A stretch of 64,000 nt of DNA, taken from the NCBI RefSeq assembly GCF_964204645.1, contig NC_134026.1, positions 22,788,150 to 22,852,149 on the forward strand. The letters are read 5' to 3'. The notes under the pieces are model-generated. The model searched no databases and was not told the DNA's origin. It was given only the letters and a program-made list of their open reading frames with translations. Source of the DNA: Tubulanus polymorphus (Eukaryota; Animalia; Nemertea). Within the stretch, counting starts at the first letter, position 1, and every line of letters begins with the position of its first letter. Shown piece by piece: positions 1 through 14,615 of the stretch. The position numbers and the translations under genes are program-made.

Positions 1-86
1 TAATATATTGTCAATCCATGGTAGATGGCAGCACTTCCTAATAATCATAGCAACATTCTGAAAAGTCTTGTCTCTTAATATTTTAG

Positions 87-2918
87 ATATGTGGCGACCC
101 CGAGTGGTGTTGTGCGTACTTATCCCGGTACGTTGCTTCACCAGAACTTTGACCCGAGTAAAAGGCCGTGGTATATGCGTGCCATCGACTATCCAGGACG
201 AATCACGCTCACTGCTCCATACCTCGACGTAGGAGGTGCTGGTTACATTGTAACTATTAGTCATATTGTCTATGATGGCAGGTAAATATATTGTATTATC
301 TGATATCTGCAATATATCTATAAAAATTGAATTTCTCGAGTTGTTTAGAAAGCCCTGTTAGAATGTGGAGTTTATCTTTATAGTAAATGTTAACTTATAT
401 TACAGGGATAATGCAAAACATTCGAAGTCGGATAGGACCTCTGCCGTCATGGGCATTGATTTCACTTTGCGATTCATGTACAAGTTGTTGGTAGATGCCA
501 TGCCTTTTTGTGAACAGAAACATATGAGGTAAATTACTCGTTATTCCTCTGTAATCTGTTTCGAATCCATTTCTGATATCAATTCGATGCTCACATTTTC
601 ATTTGCTCGTTCATTGTAGGTGTTTTATATTCGATGACAAAGGTTACTTGATTGCACATCCAGGATTGATTGAAGCTAGTGGGAAGGGTCCTGTTGAACA
701 GCAACATATTACGCATAAGGTAAGAGCCAAAAAAACAATTTTTCGACAAAATCCATTAATGCAGCAATTTGCTGATCAGGGAGGTTGATGCCATTATCTA
801 AATTCTGCTTGACGTTCTCTTTTAGGAACCTTTGGTTGCGAACGACATCCTGAATCATGAATATTTTGTGCGTAAGACATTGTGCAATAGTTACAGTGAC
901 AGGACAATTCAACGTTACTACCATGTGAGTTAATATCTTAGTGGTCATGTAGTCATTATCTTATAAATCAAACAGCGATAAATTTGAGATTGACTTATTT
1001 TCTTTCCAGTTCAATACAAGTTTGCATGGAATTTTGACTAATCTGGTTCACGGGGAACACTGCGCAAAATACCAGGTAATTTGAGACCAGAGAAATGACA
1101 TCTTTTTGACATCTCTTGTTAATTATAATCTTGATAATATATAAATACTTGTGGGGATTTTATCCATTTCAGATAACAACGATTCCTGGTACGAATGCAT
1201 TCCTCGGAATTGTAAATCAGACGTGTAATGTGATCACGGCGTTCTGTCCGTGTTCAATGGTTGATCGTTTGTGTTTGAACTGTAAACGAATGGAACAAAG
1301 CGAATGTGAGTGTCCGTGTGAGTGCCCGCTTGAAATGGATTTCTGCACTGGAAAATTACTCTCTAACGAGGACAAGTAAGTATAGCTCCTCAGAAGACTA
1401 TAAATCCTTCATACGGCAAGATTAGTAATTAAGCACTTGAGAAAGTAGTTTTTATTGAATTGTCATTTACGGGCCAATATGTGTTTTATTTAGGAATCCA
1501 AGTTGTCCACAATATCCGGAGATACCTATGCTGCAAGAGGCTGCAACTGGTGTGACAGAATCACTGTATCAGTGTTATAAACCACGTTGTGATGAGAGAC
1601 GTACTGAACAGTAAGTTTTTAGTCCACTAACTCGGACTTAAGTTAGGACATGAAGAAAAATTAGGTTCATCGGATACAAGATGGGTTCTACGTGATTTCA
1701 TTAAATTGGTTGGAAAGTTTTAAGACGGTAGCTTTGAAGTTGGTATCCTTGATTCTCCTCTGTATTTTATAGACTAGACTTGACCTAGTTGTCACATGGT
1801 GTCCCTGGACCCCTTGACTAAATCAAAATTATAAATCCTAGAAATCTGTTTCAATTATGAACTTGATGATTTCAGTGAATGTTTTGGCGTTTTGGATTGT
1901 GAATGGTGTCAACTGGATCATGATGGTCGTACACCATTGGCACAACCATATTGTACAACACAAAGGATTTGCTTCGGTGGTGTTTATGGAGCGCAGAGCC
2001 CTTACAGAGATGAAATCAAATGTAAGCTCATCTCGCAATTATCTGGTTGATATCTGTTTAATGCAATGGTTAGTTGATGTAATCATTTTTGTTACAGTAT
2101 TAGCCCATCATGATGATCCTGACACAGAGCGTACGACTCCAGTTGGTCCTGTCGCTGGTGGTATTATGGGTTGTTTCTTGGTTTTGGCATTGAGTGTTTA
2201 TTGTTATCGACATCACGTTCACCGACACGGCCATCAATACATAACATCGGTGCATGATACGCAGGTTCGAATGGCTCAATTAGATAACGAACCGGAAGAC
2301 ATCGAACCCCATGAGGAACCCGGAATAGGTATGTATGATTTTATCGGAATCATGAATTGATAGCTTTGTACCTGTGTTTCACACATTTTGATTGTATGCA
2401 TTCCTTAAAAGGTATAAGAAACATTACCTGTAAATCTTTTCGATATTAATTTACTAATAAACTTGTGTTTCAATTTTCTGATAGGTCACACGAATATTGT
2501 GTTAGCGTCGTTTGAAAATGCAGCTAGCATATCTCCGTATCGCGTGAATACGATGTATCGTAGACCGGTAGGAGCTGATAGCGATCACGGATACAGTACG
2601 ATGACGCCGCACGAGGATAGTGAACAGGCCAGTACAACGTGTATCGAACCTTTAGTGATTATAAAAGACCGTTACAAACCTTCGGGTTATCCGCAAAAGA
2701 CTCCAGCGGCGATCCCTCCGCCACCGTCTAGTACACCGCGGAGAAGTCGCAGTCCGACGCCACCTCATACTCGCTTGCCATCACATACAGCTATTCCCGA
2801 ACAGACTGTGATCGGTCCGATGACTGTTTTGCCCGGAGACGTGTCTTCCCGTCATTCCCATAACCCTCCGCACAGCATTATTGCGAATGTGCAGGTTCAC
2901 ATGGTTGATTCGCACTAG
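87..2918 (+). CDS. CACHD1: VWFA and cache domain-containing protein 1, 3' portion (about 10 exons; 5' end lies outside the window)
   Basis: Spliced exons give Cache-domain motifs ([44 protein letters not shown]), a Cys-rich CECPCECPL segment, a TM helix ([21 protein letters not shown]) and the cytosolic motif [16 protein letters not shown] recalled from CACHD1. Stop TAG at 2916-2918. Confidence 0.93.
1660..1815 (+). repeat. Degenerate fragment of the repeat family at 57105-57470, in a CACHD1 intron
   Basis: tagttgtcacatggtgtccctggacccc (about 1785-1812) matches tagttggtcatggtgtcccttgacccc (about 57404-57430); both regions also contain caagatgg. Confidence 0.45.
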
Positions 2919-5900
2919 CGCACAATGTGTTCATGCGCTATGTTGTTACGGCGGGCATGATTTCTACTGCCGAGTGATGGCGTTTTTTTCTTCACTAACT
3001 CATGCGGAGCTGATAGGGTAATAAAACCAATCAAATATATTTATCAGATGGGAATGTAGCCAGTATTTTCGAGGCCAACTGTAGTGAGGAAACTGTGCTA
3101 TGGATATATTTACTTGATATTTTGAAATTTAGCATGTAAGAATTTGTTGAATTAATATGTGCAATGTTATTTAAAGTACGTTTCCATGCAAAGCATGAAA
3201 TATTTGTGTAAGCTTTCTTAGCAGTCCATGACGAATGTGTGCTGAGCACATTGTACATGGTCATGGGTTTACAGGGTCCCAAACACACAGTAGAGCTCAC
3301 TATATGGTGTCTAGAATAATCATCTTGAAATTATTGGTAACCAACCATAAAATGTCCTTACTATCTATGAACATATATTTACAACTGAATTTGAATCCAG
3401 AATTCTCATAAAAAGATTGATGATTAAATACATGACTTTTAAGACTTAATGATTCTCTGGGAATCTTTCTTTTTGACCCATCAATGAAAATTAAAGAGCT
3501 TAGCATTACATATTAATTTGTACTGCTTTTATAGCGATTGATTTATTATATCATTGATTGTTTTAACGTGTACAGGGTAATTTTTGATAGTTTGGTGCTC
3601 AGTTGTGCCATAGGCTATGTGTATATGATACATGTATGTTTATATCATTAAGTCACTTCTCAAAATGAAAGATTTGATGCGCTCCACTTGCCTGCTCTTG
3701 AGTTACTACATCACCTGACTTCAAAATTTGCTCCAAATATCAAATTATCGTCATTCTTGTATTTTATCGAATGATAAACATTGAATGGTTTATTCATACT
3801 GAAAATAATTCTCCATGACTGACAAATCTGATGCTTCTAACTATTGCTCAATGCTCATTTGACTGGCGATTTTTGTGAGATTAGTATTTGTGTTACTTAC
3901 TTTTTGACTAGTTTATGTACTTAACACCTAATTATTATTTGAATTAAAAATGGCTTTGCTGCAAACAGATGGTGATTTGATGATAGGAATAGTTTATCCT
4001 AATTGCGTCATTTTCATGTAACGAAAAAACTATTACGGTAATGGTTTTCTAAGGCATTGTACTTTCTCTTTTTCTCAAGGGTCAAAACCAATCTTTCAAA
4101 AGAACAGCTATTGTAAAAACTGATGGTGAATTGTGATCTTTGGCAATAATAGATTATGAAAAATTTGATCTTTAATAATCAAGATTAATGTCATGTATTG
4201 TTTAATTTTATCAGGGATGTTTCACTGATTTGAAATCGCACTGTTACGATATAACTTGTTTTAAAACTACGAAAGATATGTAACCTTATAATTTTTAATT
4301 TCAATATACATTGTACAAAATTTGTTGTTTGTGTTGAATGAAAACCACTTTTTTACTGAGCAAATTGTTGCAATTCATATTTGACCGGTAATCTCATGAA
4401 TGTAAATTTAGATTAAAATTCTGATCTTCTTAACTTTGTTGAAGCCAAAGTAACGACACTTGTCGATTTAAAGCCTTTCCGAAATGATGGCTGCCTAAAA
4501 TTGCCTAATGATTTCATTCACATAGAGGTTTTATATCATGGCAGCCATGTTTTTGATATAATTACATGTAGTCTTTTATGATAAAGTGAGCTTAACTAAA
4601 GGAATGAGCCATATATCTTAGATCTGATGAGACTTATTCAAAATAGTTGACGGTATCCACTGGGGCATATTGTGTATATTCTTAATAAAGAAAATTTATT
4701 GATATTCTAGTCATAAAGATTTCTGTTTTAGCATTCAACTTCATAACTATTGTAAATAATTGAATAACTAAGCTACAGTGTAAATAAACTTGTAAATAAA
4801 GAAGATGCTCAGGAGATGAACTAGTAATAATTAGTGGTGTATTACAGTGATGTAAATAGTGTATTATAGATGAGTGTGCAGAATTAATGGTTTGAAGTTT
4901 ATATAAGGTTTGGTCATTTGGATCATTACTGTCAGAATTCCCTTGTAGCGTGAAAAGATTTAGTTTGAGGTTGTATAACTTATTTGAGGACTTGGCTGGG
5001 TTCACACTTAGATCGGCCAACTTCATCAACATGACATTTTGCTATTTAACTACCATACAGATCTAAGAGTGTGATCCTACCTTAAGGAATGAATCCAGAA
5101 TTGCGCTGAACGTTTTACGTCTTAAGAGAATTTCTTTGAGAGCCAAAAGATGTACATGCTTACATAATTGTTCAGATTGTTCAACCACCGTATGTGTCAT
5201 TTCTACTCATTTATATATTTCTCAGTACTGAGAAAACCGTGGGATCAGTCGCACAATTAAAAAGACTTAACTGTTATTAATAACTAAGACAGTAGTAAAA
5301 GATCTATTATCAATGGAGTAAACTGTACGTGTTTTTATCATTAATTTTTGATGATGTAAATTCGTCATTTGAGATTTTTGTTTCGGTATGTCTGTGTATG
5401 TAATGTGATTTTCTATGTGAAATGACAATCATGAGAATTAGATTGTTTCGGTGATTGAGGATTTTATTAGTGAGTACAGAAATCAAAAGTATTTATGCCG
5501 ACATAATACGCATGGTGCCAAGATTGCCAATATGAATCGGTCCAACTGTACACGGAGATTCATAGTTCCAGTATGATATGGGGTAAAAGTAAAGGCAAAA
5601 TTGATTTTAGTTAATGCTGATGGCTGCCATTTGATAAAAAAACTCATTCTTGATTTTGTCAATGTCAGATGTACATACATGCAGGTTTTGATGGAAGAAA
5701 ATAATCATTGAGATCAGAGAGTTATGTTTTATGTTTTCACTGTAGGTATGGTCTTAATCAACTATGAAATTTCCTTAATTTATCGCATTATGTTTACCTT
5801 ATTATGGCCATTTGTTAATGTATTGGTGCCTTGTAGTTATTATACTATGTAACAAGTTACCATAAATGCATAAGGCTATATCATTTACAACAGCGCGTGT

Positions 5901-6560
5901 CATTTATGCCCATATGTCGATAAGTCCTGAAATCTATGTATGACATCATTGTGTACAAATTGTTAAATTAAGATTTGTATTTTGTATAGGGTAGATAGTC
6001 GAAATAATTTTTTGTATAAAATAAATTGTAATGAAATAAACAAGTTATTTTGTTTTGTTCTACTTACGGAGAGGATTGAATTCAGGTTTGTATACCAATG
6101 GAAGTTCTGCTACGCATGTACCAGAAATCTCAATACTGGTACATAGACTTGGAAGGTTAACTGTATGCATGCTCATCACCAGGTATATCCCGAGGGATGC
6201 AGAGGAACCATATTAGCTCACCCGAGAAAGCTATACATGTACATGGGTAAGTAAAACTTCAGAGGTATGTCTTGACTGCATTCACAAAATGTAATTCTCA
6301 TGACGGCTTCACAGTGGGATTGTTAGAAAGTCTGGATGATATGCCTACTTCCTTGGTAGTGTTTGAAGCAAAGAGCTCGAAATATTGACGATCAACAAGA
6401 TAATGTTTGGTGATACTGTACTTATAATTACAACAATAGATTTTTGTCAGTAGTCATGGGTGTGCTCAGCAGTAATACACTTGGGCGGTGAATTTGGATC
6501 ACAGAAAATATACTGTTAATTAATGCTAACAAATTCCGGGATGTGCATTGATATACAGTA

Positions 6561-6674
6561 CAGGACCCAGTTCCACAGTTGAGAGTTAGAGTTTACTCTG
6601 AGTTAAAGTTAGTTCATTTTCAATGTTTTAACCCAGAGTCAAATCTTAACTCAGAACTGTGGAACTGGACCCTG
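6561..6674. mobile_element. 114 bp palindromic MITE, Tc1/mariner-type (TA TSD)
   Basis: TA|caggacccagttccacagtt ... aactgtggaactggaccctg|TA; the arms pair imperfectly over about 45 bp. Confidence 0.8.
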
Positions 6675-6941
6675 TAGTACATAGATGTAAGACTGCCACA
6701 AGAAATATAACATTTATTGGGATACAAAAAATAACAACAATGTTAGTATCTTAATACAATATAAAAAATTCTTCAAGCTTCAACAGAAGATTGATTGAAA
6801 TAATTGACAGAAAATATTTTAAACTTAATGCATTCACATATGAAACATTCTCCGACTCGGAAAATTCTGCATTTCATTGTTTAGTAGTATCTAAGGAAAC
6901 CCAAACTTATAACACTGTCCGTTTATTCTAATAACCAACTA

Positions 6942-7103
6942 CAGTTAACCTCGCCTGACTCGGACAAACTGGGACTGACAGAATTGGTCCAAGGTAAGTT
7001 GAGTCAGAGTTAAGGAAAGTGAAGTCAGAAAAATAATTTGGTGTTAGTCCCGAGTTATTTGAAAGTATGAGTTGGCCATGTCCGAGTAAGACGATGTTTA
7101 CTG
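6942..7103. mobile_element. pogo/Tigger-like MITE (TA TSD)
   Basis: TA|cagttaacctcgcctgactcggaca ... tgtccgagtaagacgatgtttactg|TA; about 25 bp imperfect TIR; related copy at 23449-23526. Confidence 0.75.
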
Positions 7104-8161
7104 TAACACGCTAACCAGAACCATTTTCTGCAGTTGATCAGACATAAGGGATCCTTTCTGGGGTTATCCATCGATTCATATTGTGAACAGGGTATTTCTA
7201 ATTTTCACCAGATTTCATTCATATGCGACTACCAAACAAAAAAACTAAATCAAGTCAATAAATAAATAAAACAATAGAAATCACCAGATGGACGGATTTG
7301 ATGAAATCATTGACTTAAATCAAATTAGAATTCATCTCAATATTCATCAGTAAGTGGCTAAAATTCACTTACACAGTTACAAACATGTGTATTTGCAATT
7401 ATTTACAACAAAGACAGGTACATACAGAATATTCAACTCAAGTTTTCAAGTTCTTAAGAAGTAAATGCAAAATTCCACGTACCGGTAACGGTATTTAAAA
7501 ATTTACCAAATCAAAATAGACCTCTCTATACTTCATATTGCAAGGTACACATGTGCTATCCTGCCTATTTGCTAAGCTGTAAAACAGGAAGAACCTGTCA
7601 GGGGGAGCCTGGTCAGGCGAGTGATGTAGATGTACCACAATACATATACATGTACACGTACGACGAAACAAAATATCTACCGCATCGTAAGTTGACTTAA
7701 TTCACTAGGCTATAGTTATAATGATACTCCAATGTAAAAACATATTTCATGCCAAAATTTGAAACTGAACTGTTGTATGAAATAAAAAAATATTCAACTT
7801 ACAAGATGCACATTCCAGTGCATTAAAGCACATTACAGAATAGGTATATGTAATAGGATTCATCCACAAACATATCTATCCATTAGAAAACTATACATTG
7901 AGAACAACTCATCAGAGATTTGAAATAACAGTAAATCAATAAATCAACAAATCAATCAATCAATTTTTCTCAAATAGTAAATGTGTTTATACCGTTAAGT
8001 CAAACAGTTAAATATATTTTGATTTTTCACAAATGTATCCATACTTCTAGATTTTCTCATTATTAAACCTATTGTAAGACAATTATAAACACAAGAACAC
8101 ATAAATGTGAAGCCATATGAATCAACAGAAATTCAAAATCATAGAAAGAGAAGTTCACAGC

Positions 8162-11100
8162 TCATGATCCATCAGCATACAGCGGAGAGAGTCTACATCT
8201 GTCGACAGATTGAAATTGCAAAAACACAGAACCAACATTTCCTTGTATGCTGTTTGTTCCCTGATAATCACTACCACAATGGGTCATCGAATTCAAAACA
8301 TGGTCATCGTAGCCTGAAATTACAAGTCGCATGCATATAAAATGGCTACTCAAGCTAGTGCTACTCAAGTTTACCCAAAGTCTACATGTTTGTAAGTGAA
8401 ATATCAGCACCAAGTAAGTGGGAAATGAAGCCCTACTGATTACTTAATAAAGTTTTCAAAATAAATTCAATAATATTCAAATGACCTGAATGGTGGGATA
8501 AAGCTCTTTGTACAGCAGCATATGGAATACCATCCTCTTCGTAAGTAGAAATAGAACAATCTGCATCATTTTCTGTTCTTGAAATTAATCCTGACACCAT
8601 AGAGTGACTCGAATGATACCCAGGAAATAAGTCTCCATCTGTAATAAGAAATTGTACGGTAGTCATAGTCATGATTGCACAATTCTAAATTCTACTCATA
8701 ATTTTACTGAGATTCATAATTCAGAAAACTTTATATTCACAAAAAGTAACATAACAAGATTACACAATTGAATGATTTAAATTATCAACAGTAACTTTTT
8801 GAAGCTAATAAAATTTTGAATAAAACCACAAATTTCAACCATCGGTCTACCTACCTTTAGGACCAGGTCCTGCGTCTTGCTCTTTGTTCATTGACTGCAC
8901 AACTGAAGTGCCATTAGGTGGAATACGGTGTATCGCTAATAGCTGACCAACAGAGGGCAATGACTGACCAATATTGGGCAAACATTTGTAACGATTGATT
9001 GGTAGTGAGTGATGAGGAGTAGTCGAACCGGTTGGTCGCGATGGAGAAAAATGTGGACGACTTCGAGCTGTATAGCTTGCTTGCGACCTATGACCATACC
9101 AAAACATTCATTCTTTATATCTAAACGTTTCATATTTTATCGAATTACACGAAGTAATACGTGTATATTCCATCCAATGTATCAATGATTTCTAAATCAT
9201 ATTAATGTATATATTTACTTTTCCGTAGAAGTGAAACCAGTGGGTGTCATATGAGTATTCATCGAAGAGACGTGATTTGGTAAATCATTAGTTCTTGCAG
9301 CGGACCCTACTTGGCTTCCTGTTGAAATCGCATTAAAAGGTGAAAAAAAGTAAATCTTTGTATCGGCTGTGAAATAGCCAGGTTAAACTCAAATTGAATA
9401 AGAACAGATAGATGGGATTATTCTGAGAATTGAATTAAGAGAACTTTCTTTATAAGAGTATTGACATTATAAGAACAGCTATTCATCAAGCATACAACTT
9501 TGACGGAATAACATAAAAGATATAAAACCGGTTTGGCTTTCCTATAAAAGAGACAGTTACGTAAGCATAACATAACAGTATCTAAACCTTAACACTTTTA
9601 ACTTATATACTGTGTTGAATTTATTCTAGCAGTTTGCAATATTACATAATATGCATTATAATGCCTTCACTTTCTAGGGGACTTTCATTTCTTACTTTTA
9701 CTAACCCTGTAGTTCAGAAAGTCTGTGCTTTTCCAGTACAGTATTACCAATAAACCCGAAACCCAGTAACCCGAAAAAACCTACTTGAACAATCTCTCCT
9801 TGTATTTGCCCCAGAGGTTACAGGCGAATCTTCAACTGATGATGCTGGACTTAGATGAGGTAATTGTAATTGCTGTATTGTCAGACACTCGCTCAATTTA
9901 TCAGTTACAGTGACATCTCCATCATTACTACTTCGTAACTGAAAAAAACATAAACCTTATCAGAATAGTTATCATTTGAAATATCCATCAATGTTACATA
10001 CAAGCAGGCGCCATACCTTTTTCTTCGCTTGTTGATCTGAATGATTTTTGAAATGTTTCCGCAATGAACTAGGATCGGTATACCTCTTGTTACACCCAGG
10101 AATATGGCAGGCATACGGTTTCTTAAAACAGAATGTAAGATTACATGAGATTGTCGATCGGGACCCACTTCCACTGTTCCATTCAATATAAACTGGCTCC
10201 AGTGCAAGAGGTTTCATCACAAAATATACCAAACTGGCATTCAATATTTTAAGAACAAATTTTAGATACTGGAAACTTACAGCATCAATATGAGTGCGTT
10301 GATGTTTAGCTCTATCAGAAGAATTGCTGAATGCCTTATTACAGCCTGCATGCTGACAGAGATAAGGACGTTCACCAGTGTGAGATCGAAGATGAATTTT
10401 CAGATTTTCTAATCTCGAAAATGCTTTTGTACAGCCACTGAACTAAAATATGGAAGTACATGATGATAAGTGCAGAGTCTTCATCAATTTTTGTTTCACC
10501 CAAAAAGGACTTTAAAACCATTATGTACCTGCAATAACATTTCATAATGGGCTGTAAAGTGTTTACGTCAAATGAAATTGATACGTATTGTAAAAATGCA
10601 AACAAAAATCCTATAAATCATTTCAAGGAAGTAAATCATTATAAACTACTTAAGAAACAACATGCCTGATCAATCAAACCTCATACTAGATTGAAGTGAT
10701 GAATGAGGCATAAACAACATTAACACCATGACACACAAAAAGTAACTAACCCGGCACCCTATGTTTTTTAAGCAGATTTTAGTTTCAATTTAAGTAGATA
10801 TTGATTTATATTTCAAAGCCGATGGAGATCCATTATGTTCTGACTTAACCCAATTGCTTTATAACTGGTATCGAATGAAAATTAACTCTAAACCGATGAG
10901 TCCACGACTGAACTCATCGAAAAATGTGAATGGGTTCAGTGAGGACAGGACTACATTGTTAACCGATCTTATCTATGAAAAAGCCCTAATCCGAATAGAC
11001 CTGGTAATCAGTAGTAGATTGTACTCTTGAGACAAAACATTGAGACTTACTGTGCACTTGTTTGGCTTTTCTCCTGAATGTACTCGCATGTGTATAAGTA

Positions 11101-13880
11101 GTTTGTAACGAGCATTAAACGGCTTATATTTACGCATGCATCCTTGCCAGAAACATGTGAAATCCTCGCCAGTTCGATGGTCCACGTGATATTTTTCAAT
11201 GTGTTTAACGAGATCTTCCTGATCAGAGAAAACGAGATTGCAGTCGATCCATTTACAAACGCACTCAGCTGATTCGTTAATGTTTTCCGGGCTCATATTT
11301 GGATATACGCTGCCACACGATGCGCTTCCCAGATAATCGGGCTGTTGCGGTTCGGTGAATGTCTTATGATGTATAGCTTGAGCGTAGGATGGAGGAGGTG
11401 CCAGTTGAGAGCTAATTGAGATTGAAGAGTCCTTGTTCATACTATGACTGGTATCAGCGACTGAATTAATTTTTGGAGCTGATGATTCAGGTGCATTTTC
11501 ATTGCTTCCATTGCATTCAAAAGCATTCAGATCAATTTCCATCTCCTTCATTGCATCTAAGCTGTCTGCTGAACATATCCCTCCGATACTTGTCTTCATA
11601 TCAGTCTCCTTATCATATAAAGCATCTTCCTGAGCCAATATTTTGGGATCAGCTTGCTGCATAACTGCCTGATTATTTCCGATCATAGAAATCACCTTGT
11701 TTGACCAACAATCTACAATATCTGTAAGTTCTTTTTTCAACCCCGATGAGCTGGGTCGATGCTGCACGTATGATGCGGGAATTTCTTGCTGAGACTGAAT
11801 TTCGTGACCTTCGACTCGAGCTGATAAATGACCGTACGACCCTGGCCTCGGAGAATCATTTACTATGTTCATTAAAATCTGTGATCCATTGATGTAAGCT
11901 ACTAATGATGTTGGTGATGTTCGAATTAGCGTGTTCAAATCAAGGCCTTCTGATGACAACGGAGAGAAAGACAACGGTCGTTTCTTTGATGTACGACCAG
12001 AATGAGCCGAATGGCGAGGACTCGGCAAGCTAGAGACAGAAGGAGAGATTTCGAAGTTCGGAAACGGTGAAAGTGAGTTACTAATACTGCTGCTTCCATA
12101 ATGGGACATCTGGCTTTGAGGATTATTGTGAGTTTCATTCTGCCCCATGTTGCCAATACTGGGGAGAACACAGTAGACATTCCATTCATTGTATTTCGCA
12201 TCAGCTGAATTATGTTTATGGTCATTGAGTGCCAAAGGTGTTGACATCCCAGTGCTAGCACGTTCTGCAGATGAGACAGACAGCGATGGAGTGCTCAAAT
12301 TATTACAGGATCCGCCCAAACGAATACTGGATATTTCACTGAGAGTTGGAGATTTGGTACTGAGTTGATTTTGTTGCGGTGGTTTCAGAGTACTATTTGT
12401 AGAACTCGCTCGTGGAAATTGTGGGCTTTTCACGCTTACACACTCTGATAGTCCATAGCCTGTGTTCGCTTCTATATCTGAAAAAAGCGGCCTCACTATA
12501 TTCTATTCAACATCTAGAAGGATTCATAAAAACAAGTTACAGGTCTAGTCATATCTTAAACAGTATCATTTGCATTTCAGAAATGACAAATATCTCTACA
12601 ATGTCAAAGTGTAACACATCCATGTATGAAACCGAAAGTGACCAGTGACAGATAAGTTTGAGGAGGGAAATAAAAGGTCTTGTCTAATGACTAAATGGAA
12701 TGTCACCACACTTTATGGGAGATATGTGTTCCACTTATTAAGAAATGAAAGAAATAGTTGGAATTAGTGAGCCTGGTAGAATTACAACAGTCGGTAATAT
12801 GAACTTTGTTAATGCATATCATAAATAGAATGTGACCTCATCAGGACAACTTCGGGATAAATTCTGTTTGAACTCTCTGATCAAATGAAACTGAATTGTT
12901 TATAAAAGAAATTAAATGCGCAGATTTCATTCACATACAGATTAGCACTCTTGTGTATGCTCATACTACTACAAGGGTTATGTCAAAAGTTGTTTTTTAA
13001 TACCATGCTATGATATCTAGAAGTCAAGCCCCCTCCACTAGCTCCCCATCCCGGCAAGTCTGGATTTTGTGATAGATGTTTACATTCTTCAATACATTAC
13101 TAGGTCTGATAGCCTAGGTCTGTGAGTCTGATAATTGATAATCTCAGAAATTTCAGCGACTTGACAATCTCTTTATACCGGAAACACCTTTCATAGATAC
13201 AGGAATGTGATACCCATATCAGCATTTAATGCAAGGTTTATCTTAGTAAGCAGAGAGAAAATCCAAGATGTTATATGTACAGAGTTAGTGATCATAAAAA
13301 TTTCTATTAGATTCAAGAGCTATCCCTATTCTGGGGGAATTGAATATATTGATTTATGATTAGAATGAATTTTTTTCAAATAAAATCCATTGTTGGTTAA
13401 AGATTCTGGGAACTGACAGATGTCGATGGATATCTATGGATGTCCCTGTCCATCAAGGTGATCTAAAGTCCTATTCATTCCGCCAAAATTGACATTTCCA
13501 TGGTCCACTTTTAGCCAAAATGTACAGTTTTCAAAGTTTAAAGATTTCAAACAAAATATGATAGAAATTCGTATAGTACCTTGTTTAATGACCTTGTTGA
13601 AATGTCCAGTGGCTAGTGAACTGTAGCCAGAGACTTGTTGAGGCTGACTTCGTGGAGGTCCCATACACGCCCCTGATGACCGGCTACTACCATGATTTTG
13701 TACTTGGAGACTCTGTCGTGGATTTGGTGGAAACGGATCTTTGTTGTTTGGCAAGGGGGGCAGAGGTGTATTGCTGGTGGATGGTGGTGGTAGTGGCGTA
13801 CTTTCCTGAACATGGAAAGTTGGTATATTTCTCTGATCAGATCCATTGCAAGCGTGCTCATCGCCACTGGCACGCTGCAT
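8162..13880 (-). CDS. GLIS3: GLI-similar C2H2 zinc-finger transcription factor, GLIS3/GLIS1 class (about 9 coding exons)
   Basis: Approximate exons 13880-13580, 12477-11051, 10442-10281, 10121-10017, 9938-9785, 9319-9219, 9088-8855, 8638-8485, 8313-8162. Five fingers including [55 protein letters not shown] and [11 protein letters not shown]-terminal [14 protein letters not shown] and SYGHLS; C-terminal [20 protein letters not shown]. Confidence 0.92.
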
Positions 13881-14615
13881 GTTTCTAAAAATCAAAATGT
13901 CACAATTAAATCAATTTGCACGTTATGAGGGAGTGTGTTGGCTATTCAAAACTAGATTAATATTTATAGTCCACAAAAGTTCAGATGTCGATTAGAATCA
14001 AATCAAGTTTATGCTATAGATACTTAGATTTGCTTAATTTATCTCAAGTTTTTCTGAACACATCTTGTCCTCAGCCAAACTTAACTTAAACTTCATTTGT
14101 GAAGAGTCTAAAGACCAGTAGAAAAACTATATACATGAACTATGTATATAAATATATATAAATCTATATGAATGAGAGAATGAATTCTTTAAAAGAAATT
14201 AGGAATATACATTAAGAAAAACCCCCAAATGAGTTGCACTTAATTTCCCTACGTACCTTATATTATAATACGCAGCGTTTAGGTCTTATGACCTCACATG
14301 TTTATTAAGAATTCTATAGTTCCTGAACACATATTGAAAACTGAATCAAATTCCCACTTCAATACACCAATATAACAGGCGCTAATTGAACGTGGCTAAA
14401 AACGTCCACACAAGCATAAATAATAATAGTTAATGTTGCCTATAGTACAGCACAGTCACATATTTACAGTACTTTACAGACAGTGGCGCCACATTTTCAA
14501 TGACTGTCAAAAGTAATCAAATTTGAAAAGCTTTTCAAGTTTGAGAATGAAATGGAATACACTTCGATTATTTCCATCGTAAGAGCCATTTGAAAAGAAA
14601 CCAACACGAACTTTA

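Noticed and set aside
3031-5680. ORF-track ORFs in the CACHD1 3' region
   Set aside because: AT-rich, no recognisable motifs or supporting splice structure; consistent with UTR.
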